Shown here: positions 20,462-38,836 of the stretch, one piece after another
How the letters are laid out: each line of letters begins with the position of its first letter
Numbering within the stretch: the first letter of the stretch is position 1
Assembly: GCA_020137815.1 (NCBI GenBank)
Contig: CM035355.1
Coordinates: forward strand, 6,510,001-6,574,000
Source: Hormiphora californensis
Taxonomy: Eukaryota; Animalia; Ctenophora
Length of the DNA: 64,000 bases
Direction: 5' to 3'
The notes under the pieces: model-generated
What the model was told of the DNA's origin: nothing
The model's database searches: none
The model's input: only the letters and a program-made list of their open reading frames with translations
Translations under genes and position numbers: made by a program

Positions 20462-23292
20462 AGGGATCCCTAAAAAAGTTCAGTATTTACACAGAGTTTA
20501 CACAGTCTTTACACAGTCATTACACCCAGAGCGGCGCGTGCTGCGTTTTGCGGCTTTTTCTAAGAAAATATTGGATTGTGTGCTGCACAATTGAGTAAAT
20601 TAAGCGCTGCGGCGAAAAAAGTTTCCGAAAACGCTGCAAATCGAGTGCGAAAGACGCAGTCTTTACACCCAGAGCGGCGCGGGCGCTCTGGGTGTAACGA
20701 CTGTGTAAAGTCCATTTTTTTTCAACTGTTCACCCAAAATCGAAATTTCAGTGAAATTTAGAAACTTTGTGGCGCGCGCTATACGTTAACATGTGATAAA
20801 CGCGCAAAAGAATTCCGCGCACGACTTTGGGGGGTGAACAGTTGAAAAAAAAAAGAGTTTAAAGACTGTGTAAACTCTGTGTAAATATTATTTTCAGGAC
20901 CTGCACCTGCTTTTGAACATGTTATCTTTGATGCAATTGGCGGGAGTGACATCAAAAAGGCAGCAAAGTCTACTCGTGGAGGATGTGGCCCCAGTGGCAT
21001 GACAGATGACCTGTGGAGTAGAATGCTGTGTTCTCGAGCTTTTGCCCGTGAAGGTGACAATCTCAGCAACACGCTGGCTCGTGTAACCCGCCGACTGTGT
21101 ACGGAGCTCATTGACCCATCCACTATCTCCAGTTTAGTTTCCTGTAGGTTAATTGGACTGAATAAAAACCCTGGAGTTCGACCCATAGGGGTAGGTGAAA
21201 TTCTCAGAAGGATAGTAGGGCGAACAGTGACTCAATTCCTGAAATCGGACATTATCAACGCTGCAGGGCCCCTTCAACTGGCAGCTGGTCAGGAAGGTGG
21301 ATGTGAAGCGGCGATTCATGCCATGAACAGTTATTGGGAGAATGATGAGTGTGAAGGGATATTGTGTGCTGATGCCTCAAATGCGTTCAACATTTTAAAT
21401 CGAAAAACTGCCTTAGTAAATGTGAGATTTTTATGCCCCGTTTTTTCTATTTTTTTAATCAATATATACCGTTTACCATCCAAACTCTTTTTATACAATG
21501 GCAAATTTATTATGTCGAGGGAGGGTACTACTCAAGGCGACAATGCAGCGGCCCCGTTTTATTCTATCTCGCTGTACCCCCTTATGAACGATTTATCATC
21601 AATTGTGGAGTTCCAAATGTTTTATGCAGACGATGGTGCCAGTGCTGGAAGCTTGGTTAACCTCAAACGTTGGTGGGATAAACTCTGCGAACGTGGCCCT
21701 GGTTACGGGTACTATCCTAATGGGGCCAAATCAGTGCTTCTGGTGAAACCACAACATCTCAGTCGAGCACAGGAAGTATTTGATGGAACAGGAGTTGTGG
21801 TCACGGTTGATGGTGTTAGATATCTTGGGTCCCCCATTGGGACAGCTGATTTCAAGGCAACTTTCGTGTCTGGGAAGGTTGACGAATGGTGTAGACAGGT
21901 GGAGTTGTTGTCTGCCATCGCCCTCTCTGAACCCCAATGTGCATATAGTGGTTACTCAATGGGTTTATCGAAAAAATGGTTGTTTCTTATGCGTACCACA
22001 TCGGACATCGGCAATCTTTTTGACCCCCTTGAGGAGGCTATATCGAACTCCTTTATCCCAGCATTACTTGGTCCCAATTTACCACAACATCTACGGTCCG
22101 TGTTTGCTCTTCCCTCGAGGGACGGAGGCCTTGGCATCCACATTACCCCATCTCAAGCTGAGGCTGAGTTCTCCAACTCTACCCAGGCCACTGCTCCTCT
22201 GAAGGAACTGATACTTGAACAGCGATTGTCTATTGATGACGAACGAGCCAGCAGATTTATCTCCGACTCCAAGGAGGCCAAGTCCGACGTTGTCAAGAAA
22301 AAGCGTAAGATCCAATCTACCGAAAAGGAAAGTGCCTGCGGTAATATACCTGAAAACGAGAGACGACTCTTTGATGAAATTTCTTCCCGGGGCGCTTCTA
22401 GTTGGCTAACCGCCCTCCCTCTAAAGGAACACGGTTTTGTACTAAACAAACAGCAGTTTCATGACGCCCTTCTTCTCAGATACAATCTGCCGTTCCAAAA
22501 CATTCCCCTGTCCTGTGCCTGTGGAAAGGTCAATACCCTTGAACATTGCTTATCATGCGCTCTTGGCGGGTACGTGTATATGCGCCACAATAACATCAGG
22601 GACCTGACTGCTAATATTCTACTCGAGGCTGGGTGTAAGGATGTCGAAGTCGAGCCTCAGCTCCTTCCCATCTCCGGCGAGACGTTCAACTATCGTTCAA
22701 CAATCACTGAGAACAGTGCCCGACTTGACGTCTCGGCCAGAGGTGTGTGGAGCCCGCTTGACAAGGTTTACACGGATATAAGGGTTTTCAACTCTTTGGC
22801 ACCCACTAACAACCGCCAGTCCGTGGATGACACTTTTCGGAGACACGAACAGGAGAAGATCCGGAACTATAACGACCGTGTAATACAGGTAGAAAAGGCG
22901 ACTTTCATGCCGCTTGTGTTCTCTACTACAGGCCTGATGGGTCCTAAGGCGGAAGTTTTTTACAAACGGGCTGCCACCCTTCTATCCAACAAAACAGGCC
23001 ACACCTACAGCGACTCCATCCGCTATATCCGGCTCCGCCTTTCATTTTGTCTGCTGAAGACTATACTGATATCAATAAGGGGGTACAGAGGAAACTGTTT
23101 TACCCGATTTAATTCTTATGACAATGATTTTAACCTTATAATCTAACTTATTACTTTTATAGTCCTAATGACCAACTTAATGTGTATATAGTGATTGTGT
23201 AACCTGATTTATTTCTTATTTAAAGTTGAACCGGTCAACCCGGCTTTCCAAACAAAACTCTGTGTAAATACTGAACTTTTTTAGGGATCCCT
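20462..23292. mobile_element. Non-autonomous TIR DNA element (~0.45 kb) interrupted by a retrotransposon
   Basis: Left TIR agggatccctaaaaaagttcagtatttacacagagtttacacagtcttt. The right TIR is split between ~20860-20887 and 23255-23292. AT dinucleotide on both flanks. Confidence 0.8.
20888..23254 (+). mobile_element. 5'-truncated CRE-like non-LTR retrotransposon (RT plus restriction-like endonuclease), ORF to 23146
   Basis: GVRPIGVGEILRR, QLAAGQEGGCEAAIH, GTTQGD, FYADD; Cys/His knuckle CACG...HCLSC; RLDVSARG...DIRV...HEQEK RLE motif. 16-bp TSD aaactctgtgtaaata at 20872-20887 and 23255-23270. Confidence 0.9.
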
Positions 23293-23333
23293 ATAAAAGA
23301 AGTTATAGATCGATTCAAGCTGCACCCGATTCA

Positions 23334-24245
23334 ATGTTAACCAACGACAGCTTAGCTTCGCCTAGCAAGCACTGGGGTTCGTACTTTAGACATTGTCTCA
23401 AGGACCGAACTACGAGTGAAATAATCGAGGCTACTTCGCGTATTTTTCTCTCCAGTATGAAACTTGCCCGAGCAACAATGAACAATTTTGAAACGGTTAT
23501 CAGTGTGGAAAACCTCGAGAAACAGCTACGTGAATGTAAAGAAGAACTTGACCGCCATCGGGTTAACGTAATCGAGCTTCAGCAAACGGTTATCAACCAC
23601 CAGAAGCAACAACTCAGTACAGTGACAGCATCGGTGCAGAAGGTGAAAGCCTACTCTACTGTGCTAGCACAGAATTGTGCTGCAACCTCCCCCAAAGTGG
23701 GAAAACCACTACCAGTGAATCATCCTACTCCCGTCCAACAGCCCGGAAGAGAGAAGAACATGGTTGTGTTTGGTCTCCCAGAAACAACCGATAGAGTAGC
23801 TAAAACTACTTTAGACGAACTTTTTGAGGAATTAAATGAGAAACCGAAAGTGACTACGATGAAACGCATCGGCGAAAGAAATGAGAAGCGCCCTAGACCG
23901 CTCTTAGTATCCCTGGAGAAGAGAGCGACTCTCCTCGCACTCCTCAGAAAGGCACGAAACCTCAAAGACTCCAAACAGTTTTCGGCTGTTTATCTCTCTC
24001 CGGATCTTACGCCCTCTGAACTGAAAGAGCAAAAAGCTCTAAGGTCCACTTTGAAGCGGATACGATCAGAAGATCCTGACGGCTGCTACTTCATCCGTAA
24101 TAATCTTATCCAAGTGGGATAGTTCCCCACTAACTCACCGTTATCAGAGAACCGTGCTAGGAGCAGGCAGTCTACTGCAGTCCCTTTCAAATTAAGGAAA
24201 ACGAGTTGTCTGTATACAAACTGTGTCAGTGCGGGATATAAACTG
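23334..24245 (+). mobile_element. CR1/L2-type LINE ORF1 plus the first codons of ORF2; 3' truncated
   Basis: Coiled coil, NMVVFGLPE, RIG...RPRPLLV, VYLSPDLTP. Downstream SCLYTNCVS resembles the start of an APE endonuclease. Confidence 0.75.
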
Positions 24246-24865
24246 TCATTTTTATTTATTATTTATTATTTAAGTTCCTTTTTCGTGCAAAAGCGAAATT
24301 TTCTTGAGTTTCTTTATTTTTCTGGTTGGTATTTGCTTGATTCCCCTCCCAGGGGAGGCCTTACGACATCTTAAAGTTCGGCTTTTATCGAACTATGGGC
24401 ATTCGGACCAATTTTTGGCTCTTCGATGCCTGCTGACCACTCACGTTTCCGTCGAGGCGCATGGAACATTCTCCCGAGGGAAGTTTATCTGGCGGAAGAC
24501 CTACCATAGTTTAAAGCACTTCTTGGGGAATGTTTGAAGAGTATGCCGAACCTCCCCGGGGGTATCTTCTTCTTCTATGAGTGTCGGGTCACGGGTGTGA
24601 AACCCTAAAGAACTATCGCTACTTTCGTCATTGCGATTTGGTCGACACTAGTGTCTCCCCGGGGGTATATCCGTATCCCCGGTACCTGGATATACCAGGC
24701 AAAACAATAACTCAATTCTGGGCCGGACACATCTCGTGTCCAGGGAGGGGTCGAGGCTCTGCGAGTAGCTGATACCGGTGCAGTATCTGAGGAAAGTTAT
24801 TTACAAGAGTACAGGATTGCAAGATTACACTGTATAAAATTGAACAATCAAATTGTATAATAGGT

Positions 24866-27800
24866 ATGGGGGTATTCAAAGACGTATTTAATGATCTATT
24901 CCGTGCTCGGTCGTGCTACAAGTGTGCAAGGGAGAAACGAAACTGTGGCTTCCCACTTTTGATTAATGAAATTATTCAAAAAGCAAGGGAAGGAACGGGC
25001 CAGACTGGAACTCGCAGACACTCATTTTACAGGTACGGAACAGTCAATAGGGTTTAGAAATCAGTCTTTATTTCTTCTTTTTCCCCAGGTCGTGCTAGAA
25101 ATAGTTTTCCATTCTTTCTGTTTCCCCAGGCCGTACTAGAGATTAGCATTTATTATTTTTTCCCCCCAGGCCGTACTTCACAGTTTGGATGATGATCGTA
25201 AACACTGCAGTCCTAATAGTATCAGTTTCTATATACAACTTTGCTCCTGTTGGTACGACCTACAAACCTATTGTAAAGTCACTCGTGCGACACAACCTAA
25301 TGTATGAGTTTGTGACCTACATGCAGCAGGAGAACTTCTGGTTAGGCCCAGATTATGAAGATCTGATACATTTTGGTGCAAAGTAAGTAGTACTTTGTTT
25401 TTAGCACATCCATTTCTCTATATCTGAGAGTTTTTAGCACATCCATTTCTCTATATCTGAGAGCTCTCCCTTTATAAAAGTAAGAACAACTTTGATCATT
25501 ATATTTTACATGATAAACGTCACCATATTAGAGTTGTATTGTGAGTTTGATTAACTAATAATCTTCCCCCCCCCCCTTGATAGATATGCACCGTGTATGA
25601 GGCACGATAAGCAAATTGAGGATGCAATAGAGAAAGATATAGAAATTGAAGCAGAGAGTGGGTGTTGTGTGAGGAATGACCTGAATGTCTGTTGGCAATC
25701 TCAAATTGCAAACTGTACCAGTGCTTTTGCTACTTTCCACAACAATACCGTTAGTAATATATCAGTGAGAAAATCACGTGGAATTGTATTGTGATTATAT
25801 CTTTTGTTTTCGATTTTATATCTCTTACCATTTACCAATTAGTCTCTGCAAAATTATTTTTTACAGATTTTTAAACCCATTGTTTTTTAAGGTATGTGGT
25901 ATTGGTAAGGAGTTTTGTGCAGCTGGAACTGTTAATGAGTCGCTATGGAATGGACCAATTACAGACTGGCCTAATTGTCCGGTAGTCAACCGAACCTCAA
26001 TCTGTAAGTATTCTCGTATCAGTATCATATTTGATATATGTATCTGTTAGTATTAATATTCTTGTATCAGTATCATATTTGATATGTATCTGTTAGTATT
26101 AATATTCTTGTATCAGTATCATATCTGATATGTATCTGCTAGGATCTGTTAGTATTAGTATTCTTCTTGTACTGATATATCAGTATTTTATATGTTTTGT
26201 GCCAACCTGTCACACACTGTACTCTGTTATAGGCACTGTCTGGTAGATATATTTCAAACAGATATATATGTGCGTGTACTGTGTGTGTGTCATAATTATG
26301 TGTACAGATGACAGATGTATCACCAGGTGTATCATAGTTATATTATGGATTGTTCTTGAGAGATATCGGTGATATATAATTGATATCCCACTTTAAATAC
26401 TACTACATACGTCATACTCAGATGAGACATGAGCGACATCTCGCCCATCTGAATAGTATCATGATGATGTTCTGTCTGAAATTTCATTTCAAAAGTAACT
26501 CAAAAGTAATCAGCGTCAATAATTTCTATCTCCCCTCTCTCTAGCACGGACAACCGCGCCCACTAAAGCTTGTGAGGTAACAGCTAAACCATGCTGTATT
26601 GGACTCCAGGGACAATGTGCTATAATCAGTGAGGTAATTGCTAATTAGTGAGTTTTTTGAGTAAGTAACCCATTAATTAACAAATCATTAGAGTTCTTGA
26701 CTCTTGAGTAAGTAACACTTTACTCAACAAATAACTAAAGTTCTTGAAACGTGTCCTTTTATATAACGTACAGTAAAATGGATAAATACACCATTCTAGA
26801 CTTGAGCCATGAATGTACTGTGTAAGTTGTCACTCTTTTCCAAGAAGTGCTTCCTCTCTCGTGATAATGAGTTTCACTCAGTTACTTTTCCTGCATTTGC
26901 TAACACCTCGCATACACACATTTAGCCTAAACAGAGTAGCCCAAAAGTGATCATATTTTGGGCATGAAATTATGGAAACTAAAACATCCGGCATAGTAAC
27001 AGTCCCTCAATCGAATAGGATTTAGGAAACCCATTATGAATATTATTCATAACTAATTAATTTTCTTTGATTTTAGGAGGAGTGTGGTATACGAAATGGA
27101 TATTTTCACTCTGATAAATCACTCTGCTCTCAAGTTGATTGCATTCACAGTGTTTGTGGCATCGATGTCACAGGGTAGGTTATATTTTATCTAGAGCTGC
27201 AGGGGAGTTAGATCGTGGATATAAAATCAGCTTTTTAAAACATTTTCTTGTCCTTGCAAAAAACTGCAAGGTGTTTACAACTTTAAATTTCTTACACCCG
27301 TTTCTCTTTTTCAGGTGTGTTCAATTTTATCGGTTTCTACTGCCTACTTTCATCCACTGTGGAGTTGTTCACGTTGTTATGAGGTGAGAAAAACACAAGG
27401 ATTGTTTCTATCCTGAATTTTAAATCATCCAGTATTATTTCTTCTACAGTTTGTTGTTCCTGTGGTTCATAACGCGACCTCTGGAGGAGAGTATTGGGTG
27501 GTGGAGGTGTGGTATTGTCTATCTGGCTAGTGGGTGCGGGGGTACTCTACTCTCTGCCTTCCTTACACCGTACCAGCCTGAGGTAGTATCGCACATCGTC
27601 ATATTATATGATAATTTATGATTTCAGACTGTCTGAATTAGTAGGATCAGGTGTTTTAATGCATGGTAATTCGCTGTCATTTCACTGACAACGATCATCA
27701 AAATTGCTCAACTCACATTATTTCTACTGCAGTATACTGAGTATTGAGTAACTTTGAGCCATTCAACTATTCACTACAGGTTGGTGCATCAGGGTCTCTG

Positions 27801-28710
27801 TTTGGTATTATAGGATGTCATATAGCTCGGGATATTATTGACATTGAAGAGTGGCGGAATAACTGGAGAAAAGTGTGGGAGGACCACCCCACCAAGTTAG
27901 TGTAATATCAGTCTAAGTGATAGTGATTGGTAACATCTAGAGAGATTACTTATAGATTCCAGTAATTGATAAAGTGTAGAAGATGGGTTTTCAACCAGTT
28001 ATTACAGTTATCACTTACCTCCCTTGCAGGAAATTGCTGGTATGGTTGGTGCTGTGTCTCCTGCTTCTAGTTCCCGGCCTTCTTCCCTGGATTGACAATT
28101 GGGGACATGTTGGAGGGTAATTAGTTAATTAGTGCCAATTAAAATTAGCAAAGTTCTTGTCTCTGTTGTGAGAGATACGCCAAGTCACCAAAGTATCCAT
28201 TCAAATCACCCACACACAGATGATACGAATTATTGAATAAACACCATTCAATTCTATTCTCTCTTACCCAGATTGATATTTGGTTTTCTCACTGGGTTTA
28301 TCGTCCTACCCTCACCCGTGAAACGTTGTAGTGGTGACTACGCGATGAGAATTATCATTCGTGTTTTCGTGGGTTGTATCGACGTCCTTGTGGTAATTAG
28401 ATTAATTTGTTTAAAATTGTTTTAACAACTAAGTATAATAGGTTTTAATAAACAAATATATGAGCCTTAGAAATTTGACCCGTATAAGTATCTGTGTCTC
28501 CGAATAACAAGCTTCCATTTCCAGGTTATAATTCTGGTTTACCTGTTCTACCTGAAACAGGATCTTGTTATCCATGCTGGATTCCTCAACTGCATACCAT
28601 TCACTAAAGATTTCTGTGCCGATTCCTGCATGGAACTTCGCACTAGGATTAAACTTTGGTTTGTTGTGGGGTTGAGGGAGGGGGCTTTCAGACAGGGTCA
28701 GAGGGATTAA
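24866..28710 (+). CDS. RHBDF: iRhom (RHBDF)-architecture rhomboid with an intact catalytic Ser/His dyad; multi-exon
   Basis: R|PYFTVW, QQENFWLGP...LIHFGAK|YAPCMR, Cys-rich iRhom homology domain (GCCVRND, PCCIGLQGQC), QFYRFLLPTFIHCG, PYQPE|VGASGSLFG, LPWIDNWGHVGG, CIPFTKDFC. Confidence 0.9.
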
Positions 28711-28734
28711 CCTTTGGTTTGTAGTGGGGTTGCA

Positions 28735-28992
28735 GTCTACAGAAGGGGCCAGGGGTTACAGAAGGGGGGGGGGTTTGGGACAGGGGCCAGGGGTTACAGA
28801 AGAGGGAAGTTGGGACAGGGGCCAGGGGTTACAGAAGGGGGGGGGGGTTTGGGACAGGGGCCAGGGGTTACAGAAGGGGGGGGTTTGGGACAGGGGTCAG
28901 GGGTTACAGAAGGGGGATTTGGGACAGGGGCCAGGGGGTTACAGAAGGGGGGGTTTGGGACAGGGGCCAGGGGGTTACAGAAAAGGGGTTTG
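28735..28992. repeat. G-rich minisatellite (~30-33 bp unit, about 8 copies), G-quadruplex-prone
   Basis: Tandem gggacaggggccaggggttacagaagggggggttt units. Confidence 0.9.
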
Positions 28993-29556
28993 TAGACAGG
29001 ACGGAAGGGAAATTGAGGCAGCAATTTGAGAGTTTGGGACTGTTTACGAGTGGGTAGGGGAGTTGTTTTGGGTGATTCACACAAAACCATTAACTCAGAT
29101 ATTTATCCTGCAGATCAGAGACAGACAGATGACAGACAGACAATCTCAAGGCGTACAAACATGACTGACTGGCCTACTGGCTCAAAAGACGGACTGACTG
29201 GAGAATTTTTATAGACTGATATTTGATATCAAAACACGGACTGACTGGAGCAATTTTACAGACTGGCACGGGGTTATTTTCAATTTTGTATTTCAAAAAT
29301 TTCATTTTAATTAATATTCCAAACTTTTGATCAAGATCGGGCGTTTTTAATTGCATCCCAAGCCTCATTTCTTTCTTGACAGATTATTGAGGGAGGGGAG
29401 GGTCCCTTATCTATGCGTCTGAATTTAAATTTACTTGTACTTTAATTGTACTTTCATTGGTGCAATGGGGGTGCAATTCAATTTATCTTTTTTCTCATTT
29501 TCCACCTCTTCCCTCTTTATCCTGACAGTTCTTACCCTCCTCTACTAGCCTAGTCT

Positions 29557-31727
<2,171 letters not shown>

Positions 31728-31867
31728 AAGAAAAACAATCTTTTTTAAGACGGGGAAATGTTATATGATATAGATTTAGACCGCCACATTTTTAGTTGGT
31801 GAATTTGTTTGCTGCTAACGTTATCTAGTCCTTCCTCTTCCTCTTATCTCTGTAGCAGAATGAAAAG

Positions 31868-31977
31868 CAGGAACCGACCGAATCAGGAAATACTGGTCCC
31901 TGATTGGCTGATAACCAGTCACGTGACCTAAATAACGAGTTCTGATTGGTTGTTTACTTGTTTCGGTCGGCTCCTGA
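31868..31977. mobile_element. Short MITE
   Basis: TIR caggaaccgaccgaa ... ttcggtcggctcctg. Confidence 0.6.
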
Positions 31978-32269
31978 TGAAAAGGGGTGTGAAGGAGGAT
32001 ATTCTAGAATGATGAGCCCTTGTTTGGACGTTTTTAAGGTCTATTTTGATGAGTATAATAGTGTGTAAGAGAGAGAGAGGAAAATTAATTTATATTTAAG
32101 AACACAAAAAACATAACTTATGATACACAAACTTCTAAAATACGGATTGTTTCTTATCTTTCTTACTCCAAACTTTTGAGTTCTGATTTCTGATTTCTTC
32201 TAAAGGCTACCCCCATGCCCCTCTCGACATTCCCCCAATTCAAAAAATTGTTTTGAAATTAACCACCTA

Positions 32270-36910
<4,641 letters not shown>

Positions 36911-37284
36911 TAATCCCATTTCTCACGGTTGGCATACTTTTTTAAACTTTACCCTATTCAGCCAAGGCGCCGTCTCTACTCTCTATTTGATATTTCACTA
37001 AATACTCTCTCTTGACTTGTCAGGCACTGATAGTAACATCTCGCACGCTGCTCCTTTCAAACCATCAAGCGTCGACATGCTCTCTCCCTCCCTTCCTAAC
37101 TGTTCCCATCCCACTTGTCGGTGATAGATTTGTGGGTACATGCAGAACGATAGGATCTCCTCAGTGGTGGTGAATCACTCACCCCAAACCATCACGCCTC
37201 CCTTGCTCATTAGGTCACGTGACGTCACACGTGATCCACACCATCAGAGTATCAACACCACAATACAATACCAACCACGTGTTA

Positions 37285-37428
<144 letters not shown>

Positions 37429-38100
37429 CATGTGGTCACGTGATATTTCACCCCAGGGCACACGCTCCTATACCTCTACCACTATTTAAGGGTTCAAGTG
37501 TGGTCAGGAAAGAAGGAGGTCCTCGCCCAGAATTGGAAGAATCGTTTCCTGCATTGACCATCCTGTGTGTTGGTGACAAATTTGAAATACAAATTGATGG
37601 GCTCCCTTTGTTGTAATGATTTTCCGGGCCCCGATTTTCTAAGGGCCGTGACTGCTTTGTCTCGTTGTGTTGTCACGTGAAATCTTAGCTTCCGTGTGCA
37701 GGCGATGATATATACTGTAATTGTTGCAATTTACACCCCCATTCTCTTGCATCCTCGGGTCTAGACCATGCTTCCCTAGATATAAACCTCTCTATTGGGC
37801 TCTGGGAGATTCTATCTTTCTTTTGTTTCGTTTCTGTTCTTTGTTATGCTGAGTGCACCTGGAAATTTTCGTATTTCAATCTGAATGCAGCTGTACAACA
37901 TCCATCTCGCTCTATCTATCTCCACATCTCTACCTAGTACCTATCTATCTATCCATGTCAAACCCTGTCAAGTGCCTCAATTTTGAGCTCGTGTGCCACA
38001 TGTATGAATAGTAATGATCTCCAATCGGAGTCTTCCAATCGGTTGCATGTTGGTTTGATTAATAAGCGATGATGGTTTAGAGATGCCGCACTATAGGTAT

Positions 38101-38400
38101 CAGGGGTGTAGGAACAGGGGGGGCGAGGGGGGGCGACCGCCCCCCCCACTTTTGGCCAGGTTCGCCCCCTCACTTCTGTCACCATCAGTCAAAACTCACT
38201 ACCAAATGACGAAATCATGACTTTTTGGCTCAAAACCCTAAAAATTTTCTCGGGCTCCGCCGTCGCTCCGCCCGATGAATGATAAATGCAATGAATAGGT
38301 GGCTAAATCTTGCTCAAAATGTTTTCTTGGGCGCTGGCCAGCGCTGTATTTGGTCACGTGACTTCGCCCCCTCACTTTAAAAATCGTTCCTACACCCCTG
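38101..38400. mobile_element. hAT-type MITE
   Basis: 15-bp TIR caggggtgtaggaac / gttcctacacccctg and a perfect 8-bp TSD ataggtat. Confidence 0.9.
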
Positions 38401-38836
38401 ATAGGTATTCTTGTTAAGAAGCCTCGGGTAACATTAATCATCCCTCACTACTGTTATTAGCTGTACTGGTTTACAGTAGAAAAGGGATCACCTCACAGTA
38501 CATGCAGAGAGATACGATCTTTGTCCTCTTTCCGCTTACAGAGAGATACCATCTTGTTTGTCTTCTTTCCGCTTGACTGTCTTTGTATTTCTATACATGT
38601 TTAGTTTTTGTGTGAGAATTATCAAGCAGTTTAGGAGTTTATTGTTCTCACACTGGGACTTCGCATTTAAATCTCTGCATACAAAAGGGAATCTTTGTTG
38701 GCGTGAATCGGATTTGTTAAATTTGTCATGTAATTAGAGTGTTTATAATAGGAAGCCACCAATTATACTCCTCCCCCTCCCTTGTAGCGACATTTAAAGG
38801 CTCCTCCATTTTCCTGGTTTCTGATTCTATCTCAAC

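Noticed and set aside
20999-23146. RT as a retron, DGR or group II intron, or as a native gene of a TIR element
   Set aside because: Motifs are those of a non-LTR RT-RLE, and the 16-bp TSD shows it is a secondary insertion.
14993-28710. Functional link between the membrane astacin and the iRhom-like gene (sheddase plus regulator)
   Set aside because: Proximity only. iRhom's known partner is ADAM17, and neighbourhood is weak evidence in animal genomes.
28714-29090. Gly- or Pro-rich repeat ORFs
   Set aside because: Translations of the G-rich minisatellite downstream of the iRhom stop.
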